The notes under the pieces are model-generated. The model was not told where the DNA came from. It searched no databases and saw only the letters and a list, made by a program, of their open reading frames with translations. A stretch of 64,000 nt of DNA. Origin: Berkelbacteria bacterium GW2011_GWE1_39_12 (GTDB lineage: Bacteria; Patescibacteriota; UBA1384; UBA12157). Shown here in pieces: positions 9,205 to 18,972 of this stretch. The stretch covers positions 460,613 to 524,612 of the forward strand of contig CP011213.1 of NCBI GenBank assembly GCA_001029735.1, in the 5' to 3' direction. Positions within the stretch are counted from its first letter, which is position 1; every line of letters begins with the position of its first letter. Position numbers and translations under genes: made by a program.

Positions 9205-10026
9205 TTATTTGTTTACGGTATTGTTTTTCATTACGCCTTCGACGCCGGCCCCTATGATCCTAAATTCCTCACGGGTGATTTCTTCCATTGCTGCAGCTCT
9301 TTCACCTGGATCTGTTAAATTCCATAGTTCATGGATCATACCAGTTAAGTCTTCTCTGACTTTTTCGTTGACGTCCCCAATGGTAGCCCAGGCAATCGGA
9401 ATCGGTTCTTTAACCGTTGTTGAAGAACCGTCTGATGTCGGAGCCTGTACTTCACGAACAATTCTCGCATGATCGCCCTTGCCGTCTGGCCACTGATCTT
9501 TTCTTATTGCTTGCAGTCGATTTTGAATGAAGTGAGCAGTATGCTTATCATCTTCACCGCAAATTTCGTAAATTTTCTCATTGAACTTTTTTTCATCAGC
9601 CCTGATAGTCTCGTCCGTATCCTTTCCAATATATTCCCCCTCGAACCTATTTGTTTGATGATAAACATCGCCGAGCTTCATGTTTAAATCTAAGACATCT
9701 CGATCGCTATTTGCAACAATACCTTCAGGGGTTCTTTTTGCTCCGCCAATATGGAACGCGGCAGCTGCTTCTGCCGGAAGTGCCATTCTGATGCCGCCCT
9801 GAATTTTTAGAAATTCTCTCGCACCCAGCTCTTTAGATTGGGCAGGTTGGCTAACCATCATTCCCATTAGAGCTGCAGCAGGGATTAAAAACTTGCCGCC
9901 AGGAAACTTCACCGCAAAATTAGCAAATCTTTCCATTAATCTTACACTATGTGTATCCGTTTCATGACCGTTTTCAGGTGCGACAAAATCTTCACCTTCT
10001 TGGCCTTGTGTCAGTTGTTCAGACAT
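9205..10026 (-). CDS. Hypothetical exported/membrane-anchored protein
   Basis: AGGAG RBS; internal hydrophobic segment ending PAQS. Confidence 0.65.
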   Translation of the reverse strand: MSEQLTQGQEGEDFVAPENGHETDTHSVRLMERFANFAVKFPGGKFLIPAAALMGMMVSQPAQSKELGAREFLKIQGGIRMALPAEAAAAFHIGGAKRTPEGIVANSDRDVLDLNMKLGDVYHQTNRFEGEYIGKDTDETIRADEKKFNEKIYEICGEDDKHTAHFIQNRLQAIRKDQWPDGKGDHARIVREVQAPTSDGSSTTVKEPIPIAWATIGDVNEKVREDLTGMIHELWNLTDPGERAAAMEEITREEFRIIGAGVEGVMKNNTVNK

Positions 10027-10120
10027 TCTTCTCCTTTTTTAATTTCTATTAGTTTGATCTTACTAAACTTTGCCAAGATAATGCAATTGGAATATGGTAT
10101 ATTAAAGAAAAGGAGATAAC

Positions 10121-10429
10121 TTGATTGAAACAATGCCTTACGAGAAAATACCCGGAGCAGAACCGGAAAAGGAATCGAAAAGCCCATTGGAAGAAAATAT
10201 GGCTTTCTTGATGGAAGTTATGAGTGCAATTGGGCATTTTCAACAGATAGTCAAAGAAAATCAGGCGGAAATTAATTCTCTGGATGCGATTGTTGATTTG
10301 TCCGAGGATCAGTCCAAAATACTTCAGATGCTTAGAGAACATGTGACCCTAGATAAGTCAAAGATTCAAGAACTTGAAGAAAAGTTTTCAAATCTTTCAA
10401 TTGAACGCAAAAATCTTTTGAATTCATAA
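10121..10429 (+). CDS. Hypothetical coiled-coil protein
   Basis: AGGAG RBS; heptad-like acidic sequence. Confidence 0.55.
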   Translation: MIETMPYEKIPGAEPEKESKSPLEENMAFLMEVMSAIGHFQQIVKENQAEINSLDAIVDLSEDQSKILQMLREHVTLDKSKIQELEEKFSNLSIERKNLLNS

Positions 10430-10541
10430 ATAACTAATAGTGAAAAATAGGCTAAATCTCTTGATTTACTGCTTAATTTTAGGTAAAATGTAACAGATCG
10501 CGAAAACGGCAGCGCAAATATGTTTTGAAGGAGTCTTATGG

Positions 10542-10922
10542 ATGACTGCAAAAGATTTGATGGGAAAAATACCAGCATGCCTGACGGGAACGGACAAGAT
10601 CGTCGATGCAGCCAGATTGATGAAAGAACGGGGAATCGGCTCGATTGCGATAGTAGCGAGCCTCGACAGACTTGAGATCATCGGCATCATAACTGATCGT
10701 GATATTGTAAATGCTGTGGCCGATGGTATTTGCGGCGATAGCCAAATCTCGGCTATTATGAGTGGCGTTGCTCCCTTCGCTATAGTAGAGTGTGACGACA
10801 TAATTACCATCATAAACATGTTCATATCAAGTCAGGTCCGATGTTTGCCGGTCGTCGATGAAAACCGGTGCGTAGTCGGGGTGATTTCGATCTACGACAT
10901 TTGCGATTATTTCATACGTTGA
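10542..10922 (+). CDS. CBS-domain pair protein
   Basis: AKDLM, AA.LM....IGSI, GIITDRDI and LPVVD....VGVIS..D motifs. Confidence 0.9.
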   Translation: MTAKDLMGKIPACLTGTDKIVDAARLMKERGIGSIAIVASLDRLEIIGIITDRDIVNAVADGICGDSQISAIMSGVAPFAIVECDDIITIINMFISSQVRCLPVVDENRCVVGVISIYDICDYFIR

Positions 10923-10962
10923 TCACAGAGAGATCGTGAAAGCTGTTTTTTAGGATGGGACG

Positions 10963-11196
10963 ATGGCAACAAAAATTGTTGAAGTTGACGAAGCGGAATT
11001 AGAGAGTACCGTTCTTACATTATGCGGTCTATTTCCTGCCGGGATACCCATCTCGGCAATAATATCAGCATTAGCTCGAAGAAATATTCAAGTTGAGTCT
11101 GATGAAATTGTTTGCTTAATTGAAAAGCTTATCCGTTTTGAACGGTTAAGATTAAAAGCAATAGACAATTTACTTGTAGTAAAGTTAAATGTTTGA
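10963..11196 (+). CDS. Hypothetical small protein
   Basis: ORF with RBS, followed by a terminator at 11217-11244. Confidence 0.5.
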   Translation: MATKIVEVDEAELESTVLTLCGLFPAGIPISAIISALARRNIQVESDEIVCLIEKLIRFERLRLKAIDNLLVVKLNV

Positions 11197-11257
11197 ATTT
11201 AGGGCTAATTCCATAACACCGGGAGCATTGTCTTCCGGTTTTTTAGTAAAAATATAA

Positions 11258-11992
11258 TTACTTTAATCCATTCCATGCCATCTCGAAAATGGCGCGTTGG
11301 GTTTGGGCGATCTCTTTAGATTCAATGAGGACACCGAAAGGTTCGGGCGCATAAGTAATGATAATCATTTTATCAGCATAAATATTAATTTCGTTTTTAA
11401 TGGGGAAGATTTTGGAATCGGCGATTTTTACGGTTCGAAGTTGAGCGGTATTATCTTCGAGATATTTTTTTAGTTCAAGTGTGTTTTGGTATATCCCTCG
11501 AAGCTTGATGTTTTTGACAACGCGTCGTTTCACATAGTCAATCGAATAGTCCTCGAGATATTTTACAGTGTCGTTGGTGACATAAGCTAGTATCTCGTCG
11601 CCAGATTTAAGTGACGACAGAGTATCTTCGTATAATTGTTTGATCCCTTCAAAACCGGTAAAGTAGGCCACTTTTGGTTTCTTAGGGTTGGTGTTAAAAA
11701 TCGATTCCAATATTGGCAAATCGTTTTTGAGTTCTCGTTTTTGGGCTTCAATAATATCCAGAAGCTTTTCAGGCTGATGGGCGATAAAGTAGCGCTTTTT
11801 ATCTTCGAATGATTCGTAAATAAAACCCTGTTTTTGCAATCGATACAAAATATCGTAAGTCGTCGGCCGCTTGATATTGGATTTTTGGGCGACCGCGTTG
11901 GCCGTCGCTTTTTCAAGCTGAAGAAGGGCAAAATAAACTTCTTGCTCTTTTTGGTTGAACCCTAATTTTTCTAATGATTGTAAATATTGCAT
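11258..11992 (-). CDS. TrmB-family transcriptional regulator
   Basis: LGF...E..VY.ALL, R.T.Y..L..L...G, G.EGI…EINIY.DK…IF...W motifs (CPR-type TrmB). Confidence 0.9.
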   Translation of the reverse strand: MQYLQSLEKLGFNQKEQEVYFALLQLEKATANAVAQKSNIKRPTTYDILYRLQKQGFIYESFEDKKRYFIAHQPEKLLDIIEAQKRELKNDLPILESIFNTNPKKPKVAYFTGFEGIKQLYEDTLSSLKSGDEILAYVTNDTVKYLEDYSIDYVKRRVVKNIKLRGIYQNTLELKKYLEDNTAQLRTVKIADSKIFPIKNEINIYADKMIIITYAPEPFGVLIESKEIAQTQRAIFEMAWNGLK

Positions 11993-12004
11993 TTTTCTTT
12001 TTCT

Positions 12005-12066
12005 GTCATCGCGAGCCGAAGCGTGGCGATCTATAGATTGCTTCGTCGCAAGCTTCTCGCAATGAC
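12005..12066. repeat. GTCAT/ATGAC REP-like doublet
   Basis: gtcatcgcga..gcgatct / agattgcttcg..tcgcaatgac. Confidence 0.75.
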
Positions 12067-12281
12067 TAATATATTTGTCGAAAACTACCGACTAAATACA
12101 TTATAACACAGCTAAATTAACCTGTCAATAAATAAGACGAAAACACTTGACAATATAATTGATTTATGATACAGTACTCTGTTCAGGATTAGATATCATC
12201 TAATCTGATCGTACCTTAATGTCATCCCGGTCTAGATCCGGGATCCATATTTGCCGGCGGGCTAACGCGGAGGAGAAAAGG

Positions 12282-12920
12282 ATGAAATCTCAGAGTTTCC
12301 GTAATTATAAAATCGGAGCTAAGGTTACCTTTTTGGTCATGATTGCTGAATCGATCTTCTGGCTGGTCTGGATGTTCTCTAGACCAATTCCGTCTTTGTC
12401 CTACATGGGTATAAAGGTCAACATGTGGTTCACAGATCTGGTCTTACTTTTCCTCTTATTTATTCCCGCCATTGCATTAACCATGATGTTTGTTGGACAT
12501 TGGGATGATTCGGAATGGGAGAGAAGTGATGAAATGCGGGGAATGATGACGACGGTAAGCGGGGCTGCCGGAATTGTTGCGATTCTAATGACACTCGTAG
12601 TAAGTCCTTCAGCTTTTCCTATCTCTCTGGTTTTTTTGATTACAATACCAATTTTAACCGGATTGTTTTCAAGTGGTGGTTATCTATGGGTTGTCTTAAA
12701 TTCGGCCCCGATATCTGTAGGCTGTTTGGCGATTGTTATTGCACTTCAATATGGTCTTGGCGTCGGATTAGCTAGTTGGATGATTGGCTTGGTAGTCTGT
12801 GAGATTCTGCTGGCAGGAGCCTATGGATTTGGTAGAATAGTTAGATTTGTGATTCGCATGGCTTTTTTGCTATTTACGAAACTACCATGGAGAGCAATAG
12901 GTCGATGGGTTGTAAAGTGA
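12282..12920 (+). CDS. Hypothetical polytopic membrane protein
   Basis: GGAGGAG RBS before ATG 12282; about 6 hydrophobic helices. Confidence 0.7.
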   Translation: MKSQSFRNYKIGAKVTFLVMIAESIFWLVWMFSRPIPSLSYMGIKVNMWFTDLVLLFLLFIPAIALTMMFVGHWDDSEWERSDEMRGMMTTVSGAAGIVAILMTLVVSPSAFPISLVFLITIPILTGLFSSGGYLWVVLNSAPISVGCLAIVIALQYGLGVGLASWMIGLVVCEILLAGAYGFGRIVRFVIRMAFLLFTKLPWRAIGRWVVK

Positions 12921-13036
12921 TCGAACTGGTCGGCTGGCGGAGAAATCCGCCGGCCCAAACCTCGGATGCATTATTAAAATATAGTGCATCGGAGAGCTTG
13001 AAATCGCACTTTGACAATTTGAAGGAGGAATTTTAA

Positions 13037-13186
13037 TTGAAATCGATTGTTTGGGCCATCTGTTTCCTTGCTATGGTTTTCCCGATTATGGTGATGAGAG
13101 GGGAAAAATATTCATGGCGTTTCTGGATGATAATTATCATTGGTAGTGTTTTTGTCGGGAATATCACAGCAAAAATATTCCAGTAA
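13037..13186 (+). CDS. Small 2-TM protein, 49 aa; not in the ORF track
   Basis: AAGGAGG RBS and TTG start; MKSIVWAICFLAMVFPIMVMRGEKYSWRFWMIIIIGSVFVGNITAKIFQ. Confidence 0.55.
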   Translation: MKSIVWAICFLAMVFPIMVMRGEKYSWRFWMIIIIGSVFVGNITAKIFQ

Positions 13187-13219
13187 ATTCAATGCACGAG
13201 GATCGCAGGAGGGAAAAAA

Positions 13220-13297
13220 ATGGAATTCATTTGTAATTTTGTGGTAGCTATGATAATCGTTGAAATCATTGTTCGTTTGAGAAAGAAGTGGAGGTAA
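13220..13297 (+). CDS. Small TM peptide, 25 aa; not in the ORF track
   Basis: AGGAGG RBS; MEFICNFVVAMIIVEIIVRLRKKWR; terminator at 13327-13359. Confidence 0.45.
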   Translation: MEFICNFVVAMIIVEIIVRLRKKWR

Positions 13298-13429
13298 AGA
13301 AGAAGGGTGAAAAAATGATCAATAACCACCGGGTGGCGAAGCGCTTCCCGGTTTTTTTTAATAATAAAAATATTTGTTCTGGATACCGGATCCTGCTTGT
13401 AGCCGGTCCGGCATGACAAGTCAAATAAA

Positions 13430-14003
13430 AAAGCGCGAAACTGCATATTAGATCCCTCGACTGCGCTCGGGATGACAACCTTTAGTGTCATTCCGACCAA
13501 CGTGGAGGAATCTGTCGTGTGACATTATAGTAACAAAAAAGCGCCAGGATTAATTAGGCGCTTGTATTTTATGTGAAGGACAGTTCGATCTCGAAAATCT
13601 GTCGGTTATCTTCCTGGGAAAGATAATAAAGAATATGAGCGACGGCTTCCAGGATGCTATGTTCAGAGTTATCGTAGCTTGCTGTCCCAGCAAAGAGAAT
13701 CACTTTGTCCCATTTCGGTAAGCATACTTTGAAGAACGCTTCGTCTGAATCGTCAGGCAGGATCTTGACATCGCATTCTCTTCCGATTAGGTCTTTTAGC
13801 TGTTGCACTAAGCTGGATGCGAGCTCATCATCGTATAACCAGTTTGGAATGTTCAGATTATGCATGGTTCACCTCCTTTTGTGACATTAAAACATAGCAT
13901 AAGTATCAAGTAATGTCAATAAAGCGCGAAACTGCATATTAGATCCCTCGACTGCGCTCGGGATGACAACCTTTAGTGTCATTCCGACCAACGTGGAGGA
14001 ATC
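13430..14003. repeat. 83-bp direct repeats (13430-13512 and 13921-14003) containing REP doublets and flanking one gene
   Basis: Identical aaagcgcgaaactgcatattagatccctcgactgcgctcgggatgac…gtcattccgaccaacgtggaggaatc at an offset of 491 nt. Confidence 0.9.
13569..13865 (-). CDS. Hypothetical protein
   Basis: AGGAGGT RBS; own TTGACA promoter (~13891-13919) and terminator (~13535-13563). Confidence 0.65.
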   Translation of the reverse strand: MHNLNIPNWLYDDELASSLVQQLKDLIGRECDVKILPDDSDEAFFKVCLPKWDKVILFAGTASYDNSEHSILEAVAHILYYLSQEDNRQIFEIELSFT

Positions 14004-14070
14004 CTTCATGAATGTGGCAATAATGTACAAAAAAGTGCGAAACAGTGCGCGCTCCATATTTTTTAAGCAT

Positions 14071-14289
14071 AACAAAAAAGCGCGATCGAGATGCGGTCCA
14101 TTAATTTTAATTATAAACCGATCGTCGCGCTTTGTTGAGTAAAGACTTATGAGTTCTATCCTACCTTTACCAGCTGCCTGGTGAACGTAAGATTGGAAGC
14201 CTTTAATCCCACTCCTTTTAATAATGTGCTTGGGTAAGCTCTAGTGAAGTCTTTGAGAAGCGAACTTATCCACAATTTGTTAATGGGAT
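14071..14289 (-). ncRNA. Candidate structured ncRNA of about 215 nt
   Basis: Minus-strand TTGACA(14324-14319)-17 nt-TATACT promoter, no ORF, multi-stem fold closed by aaagactt/aagtcttt, terminator-like hairpin and U-run at 14137-14071. Confidence 0.45.
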
Positions 14290-14507
14290 TATATTAGTAT
14301 AAAACATACGTCAACGTTTGTCAAGCGTTTAACCTTATAGCGCTGTCTTAAATTAATTAATTTGTTTTACGAAAATGTATTTTAAACCTGTTAATAATGT
14401 AAATAATTGTTTTTGGTCGCTGATTGATCTTTTGCTCCGAAAATGATATAATGGAATCACTGGGTATCAACCTGTTTTAACTTTTGGTATTCAGAGGGGA
14501 AAAATAA

Positions 14508-14618
14508 CGCCCCACTTCGCTAAAGCTTCGCGGGACACACTTCGCTCAAATTACAACAGTTAATGGAGCGGCTTGCCACGCGTAGCCCGATGCGGAGCAG
14601 AGGGCGAAGTGTGGAGGG
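14508..14618 (+). repeat. ~105-bp structured leader repeat, copy 1
   Basis: cccacttcgctaaagcttcgcggga-cacacttcgc…gcgaagtgtg-GAGGG; further copies at 18871 and 29189. Confidence 0.9.
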
Positions 14619-14626
14619 ATTTTTTT

Positions 14627-16870
14627 ATGGCCAAGAGAAAGTACAGACGAAAAGGTCAACGACTTTCAGTCTGGGAAGAAATGGATTGGAGTGTACAACC
14701 GGAGACAGCAAAATCGGTTACTTCAGTCATTTTGATTATCTTGGGCTTAATCATTTTATTAGGTATTTTTGGACTCGCCGGCGTTACTGGAAAATTTTTC
14801 TTACGTCTTTCAACTGATCTCTGGGGATTATTGGGATATTTAATTCCCTTTATTTTTCTTACCTACGGAGTTGGACTCTTAATTAAAAGCGAACGTTTTC
14901 AAATAAAGCCGATGACGGTTGTCGGCACTGTTTTATTGATGATATTTTTGCCGGCGCTTATTCACCCGGTCGGCGGAGCTATCGGCGGTGGTATTAGAAG
15001 CCTATTTGTGGCAATGGTTGGTTTCTACGCCAGCTTAATTTTGCTTTTTGGTTTAACCATTGTGGGATTGCTTGTGACGATGAATACTTCCATTGTTGAT
15101 CTTTGGCAGCGAATAAAACCGGAGAGTGGCGGGGAAGCGTCTGGTGGCGGAGTTCGTGTGAATGAAAACGGCGCTCGAGCATCGGTTTTCACCTTGCCCA
15201 ATCGCCAAGCACCTCAGCCTCATAGCAGTATGATTCAGCCTTTCCAGGGCGGGGACAAAACATGGAACTTTCCCCCGCTTGATTTATTGGAAACTGGGTC
15301 AGGTAAAGCCACCTCTGGGAACATCCCAAAGAACGTCGATATTATTCAAAAGACTCTATCTGATTTTGGCGTACCGGTGGCGATGGGTGATGTTAATGTT
15401 GGTCCGACAGTTACGCAATATACATTAAAGCCTGGGACTTCGGTTAAACTAAATCAAATTACGGCTCGCGCCAATGATCTTTCCTTAGCTCTGGCTCAGC
15501 ACCCGATTCGTATCGAAGCGCCAATTCCGGGAAAATCTGCCGTTGGTATAGAAATTCCAAACAAAACTTTTGCCACTGTTTCACTCCGCGAAGTTTTGGA
15601 AAGTGAAGAATGCAAAGCTTCAAAATCCAACCTTACTTTAGCCATTGGCCGCGATGTTGCCGGTCAAGCTGTGGCCGCCGATCTAAAACAAATGCCTCAC
15701 CTTCTGATCGCTGGTGCGACTGGTTCAGGAAAATCGGTTGGTATCAACGCCATGATTTTATCTTTGCTTTATCAGAACTCGCCAAATGACCTAAGATTGA
15801 TTTTAGTTGACCCTAAACGTGTTGAATTTACTCATTATAATGACGTACCGCATCTTCTTTGCCCGGTTGTTTTCGATGTCGATAAAACCGTTTCGGCGCT
15901 CCGCTGGGCGGTGGCGGAAATGGATCGACGTTTCAGAGTTTTGCAGGAAACCGGAAGACGCAATATTGAAGCTTATAATCAAAATCCGCCAAACGGAAAA
16001 CTACCTTACATTGTTATTTTTATCGATGAGTTGGCTGATCTTATGGCTCAAGCTGGGAATGAAGTGGAATCGGCAATTGTGCGTCTGGCCCAGATGGCCA
16101 GAGCCGTTGGTATTCACTTGGTTGTGGCAACTCAGCGTCCTTCTGTCGACGTTATCACTGGTTTGATTAAGGCTAATATTACTAACCGTATTGCTTTTGC
16201 GGTCGCCTCTCAAATTGATTCCCGTACTATTCTGGACGCTTCTGGCGCTGAAAAACTTTTGGGCAAAGGTGATATGCTCTGGTTGGGTAACGATCTCGGT
16301 AAGCCAAAACGTATCCAAGGTGTTTTAATTACAGATAAAGAAGTTGATAAAATTACTAATTTCTTAAAGAATGAAAGTGCGCCGCAATATGACGAAACAA
16401 TTTTATCCTATCATACGCCGTCGCAAGGCGGAGTGGGCGGCGGAGGCGATATGAGTTCTTCTGACGATCTTTATAATGAAGCCAAGGAAGTCGTAGTGAT
16501 GGCTGGCAAAGCATCGGCCTCGCTCTTGCAAAGACGTCTGCGGGTCGGTTATGCTCGAGCTGCCAGACTTTTAGATATGTTGGAATCAGAGGGAATAATT
16601 GGTCCGGCTGATGGCGCCAAGCCACGTGACGTGATGATAGACCCCGTCGCTTTAGAGCACGAAAGAAATCAAGCCTCAATGCCGATGAACCAAGCACCTC
16701 AGGCTCATTTTGCGCCGACGCCATCTGGATTTAGCCGTCCGACTTCACCTGAACCGCAATATACTCAAGAACCGGCATTACCTCAAGCGCCTCAATATCC
16801 TGCAGATGGTCCTGATGAATTTACAATTAATGGCGGCACTGAAAACGATGTAGATAATTTTGGAAGGTAA
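14627..16870 (+). CDS. ftsK: DNA translocase FtsK/SpoIIIE
   Basis: N-terminal TM helices, PHLLIAGATGSGKS, DPKRVE, IDELADLM, ATQRPS and gamma domain (SLLQRRLRVGYARAARL); ATG 14627 follows the repeat-provided SD. Confidence 0.96.
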   Translation: MAKRKYRRKGQRLSVWEEMDWSVQPETAKSVTSVILIILGLIILLGIFGLAGVTGKFFLRLSTDLWGLLGYLIPFIFLTYGVGLLIKSERFQIKPMTVVGTVLLMIFLPALIHPVGGAIGGGIRSLFVAMVGFYASLILLFGLTIVGLLVTMNTSIVDLWQRIKPESGGEASGGGVRVNENGARASVFTLPNRQAPQPHSSMIQPFQGGDKTWNFPPLDLLETGSGKATSGNIPKNVDIIQKTLSDFGVPVAMGDVNVGPTVTQYTLKPGTSVKLNQITARANDLSLALAQHPIRIEAPIPGKSAVGIEIPNKTFATVSLREVLESEECKASKSNLTLAIGRDVAGQAVAADLKQMPHLLIAGATGSGKSVGINAMILSLLYQNSPNDLRLILVDPKRVEFTHYNDVPHLLCPVVFDVDKTVSALRWAVAEMDRRFRVLQETGRRNIEAYNQNPPNGKLPYIVIFIDELADLMAQAGNEVESAIVRLAQMARAVGIHLVVATQRPSVDVITGLIKANITNRIAFAVASQIDSRTILDASGAEKLLGKGDMLWLGNDLGKPKRIQGVLITDKEVDKITNFLKNESAPQYDETILSYHTPSQGGVGGGGDMSSSDDLYNEAKEVVVMAGKASASLLQRRLRVGYARAARLLDMLESEGIIGPADGAKPRDVMIDPVALEHERNQASMPMNQAPQAHFAPTPSGFSRPTSPEPQYTQEPALPQAPQYPADGPDEFTINGGTENDVDNFGR

Positions 16871-16871
16871 A

Positions 16872-17600
16872 ATGGATCAACGAAACGAACAACTAAAAGA
16901 ACTGTTAGAATCTGAAAAGCAAGAATTTTTAGCGGTTATGAGTCATGAACTCCGTACTCCCATGACTGGAGTCAAGGGTTACTTGTCGATGGTTTTAGAT
17001 GGCGACGCAGGTCCTATTTCTGACGACGTCAAAGAATATGTTTCAGAGGCATATGTTGCCAATGATCGGTTGATTCGCTTGGTTGATCACATGATGAAAG
17101 TTGTCGCTATCCAAGAAGGAAACTTACGATTCGATATTAAAAAAGTTGATCTAGTTCAAACGGTAGAGATGTTAACTCATGATTTTGCCGAACCAGCCAA
17201 AGAGAAGAACTTAACAATTGTTTATGAGAAGCCTGATCATCAAATTTTCGTTTCAGCTGACCCTGACAGATTAAGAGAACTTTTAATGAATTTAATCTCG
17301 AATGCGATAAAGTTTACGCAAGAAGGCTCAATTACGATTAGCCATCGCAACATCAACCACCATTTAGAGGTAGTAGATATTAAAGATACCGGCATTGGAA
17401 TTGACCGCCAACAACAATCAAGGATATTTGAAATTTTTTCAAAAGCTAATTTAAGTTTATCAGGTCAAGAAAAAGGTACCGGGCTTGGGCTTTTCTTAGC
17501 CAATAAGTTTGCTGAAGCACAAGATGGAAAGATTTGGCTAGATAGTTCCGAAGTGGGTGTTGGCAGTACTTTTTCCGCCGCTTTTGAAAAAGTGGATTAA
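16872..17600 (+). CDS. Sensor-less histidine kinase (HisKA + HATPase)
   Basis: SHELRTP, NLISNAIKF, DTGIGI and GTGLGL motifs; no input domain. Confidence 0.92.
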   Translation: MDQRNEQLKELLESEKQEFLAVMSHELRTPMTGVKGYLSMVLDGDAGPISDDVKEYVSEAYVANDRLIRLVDHMMKVVAIQEGNLRFDIKKVDLVQTVEMLTHDFAEPAKEKNLTIVYEKPDHQIFVSADPDRLRELLMNLISNAIKFTQEGSITISHRNINHHLEVVDIKDTGIGIDRQQQSRIFEIFSKANLSLSGQEKGTGLGLFLANKFAEAQDGKIWLDSSEVGVGSTFSAAFEKVD

Positions 17601-17618
17601 CATGAAACTAGGAGTAAT

Positions 17619-17987
17619 ATGTCTAAAATTTTAATCGTTGAAGATGATCCGGTCCTCAGTAAAATGTACGCTAAAAAGTTTGAAAAAGATGGCTTTGATG
17701 TAACTTCGGCTTATGATGGGCAAGAAGCGGTTGATAAAATTAATGGAAATAAGTTTGACGTCGTTTTGCTTGATATAATGCTTCCAAAACTCGATGGCTT
17801 TGCTGTTTTAAAAAATATCAAAGAAAACTCTAAATTTAAAGATTTACCTGTCATTTTATCGACCAATCTTGGTGGCGGAGAGCAAGATAAGACTAAAGGT
17901 GAGCAAATGGGCGCTGTTGACTACTTAGTCAAATCGGATTTTACGCCAAGTGAAATTGTTGAAAAAGTAAAAGCGCATATAAAGTGA
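17619..17987 (+). CDS. Single-domain response regulator
   Basis: KILIVEDD, LLDIMLP.LDG and DYLVK motifs. Confidence 0.93.
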   Translation: MSKILIVEDDPVLSKMYAKKFEKDGFDVTSAYDGQEAVDKINGNKFDVVLLDIMLPKLDGFAVLKNIKENSKFKDLPVILSTNLGGGEQDKTKGEQMGAVDYLVKSDFTPSEIVEKVKAHIK

Positions 17988-18020
17988 GCATCGAATAATC
18001 CCTCGGCTTAAAGGAGAACA

Positions 18021-18386
18021 ATGTCCAAGATATTGATGATTGAAGACGATATAATGTTGGCTCAGATGTATCAACGTAAATTAGAGGAGAACGGCTTATC
18101 GGTAAAGCTCGCTTATTCTGGTACGGAAGGCTTAGCGGAAGCGCAAATGGAAAAGCCTGATCTAATTTTACTCGACATCATGATGCCGAAGATGAATGGC
18201 TTTGATGTTTTAAAGCGTCTGAAAGAAAATATTATCTTGAAGGAAATTCCTGTAATTGTATTAACGGCTTTAACTCAAGACAGCGACAGAGAAGAAAGTA
18301 AAAAGTTAGGAGCTGTCGATTACTTAATTAAATCTGATTTTACGCCTGGTCAAATAATCGATAAAATTCAGAAATATCTGAAATAA
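18021..18386 (+). CDS. Single-domain response regulator
   Basis: KILMIEDD, PDLILLDIMMP and DYLIK motifs. Confidence 0.93.
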   Translation: MSKILMIEDDIMLAQMYQRKLEENGLSVKLAYSGTEGLAEAQMEKPDLILLDIMMPKMNGFDVLKRLKENIILKEIPVIVLTALTQDSDREESKKLGAVDYLIKSDFTPGQIIDKIQKYLK

Positions 18387-18494
18387 AATTTAGTTGAAAT
18401 TCCATAAAATTCATCAAGCGAAATCTTTATAAAGCATTTTGCTTTGCAAGCTACGCTTATAGACTTTCGACTAAAGCGACCAAAGGGAGCGGTT

Positions 18495-18869
18495 ATGGCT
18501 AAAATTTTGATTGTCGAAGACGATGTAACACTTTCCAAAATGTACCAGAAGAAGTTAATGCTGGCCGGGTATGCTGTCGAAGCATCTTTTAATGGTAAAG
18601 ATGCAGTTGTAAAAACCGCTGAAGAAATGCCAGATTTGGTCTTACTTGATATAATGTTACCAGGAATTGATGGCTTCGAAGTGGTGAAACAATTGAAAGC
18701 CAATAAGAAAACAGCGAGTATCCCGATTATTATTTTGACTAACCTTGGGACATCAGAAGTTTTTATTGATGAAGCTAAAATGCTAGGTGTACAGCAATAC
18801 CTAGTGAAGTATAAGACTTCTGGGACAGAGTTAGTTGAGAAAATAAAGGAAGAATTAGAAATTAATTAA
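18495..18869 (+). CDS. Single-domain response regulator
   Basis: GGAG RBS before ATG 18495; KILIVEDD and PDLVLLDIMLP motifs. Confidence 0.93.
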   Translation: MAKILIVEDDVTLSKMYQKKLMLAGYAVEASFNGKDAVVKTAEEMPDLVLLDIMLPGIDGFEVVKQLKANKKTASIPIIILTNLGTSEVFIDEAKMLGVQQYLVKYKTSGTELVEKIKEELEIN

Positions 18870-18870
18870 A

Positions 18871-18972
18871 CGCCCCACTTCGCTAAAGCTTTGCGGGACA
18901 CACTTCGCTCCAAATAGAGTGAGGCTTGTCACGCATAGCCCGATGCGGAGCTGAGGGCGAAGTGTGGAGGGG
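18871..18972 (+). repeat. ~105-bp structured leader repeat, copy 2
   Basis: Same architecture as 14508-14618. Confidence 0.9.

Noticed and set aside
13189-14075. ORFs 13189-13500, 13266-13478 and 13887-14075 on the minus strand
   Set aside because: They are translations of REP repeats and terminators (identical VIPSAVEGS peptide) and lack an RBS.
14573-14626. N-terminal extensions of FtsK and the GAF kinase (R.ARCGAEGEVWR)
   Set aside because: The shared peptide is the translated 105-bp repeat, not a protein domain.
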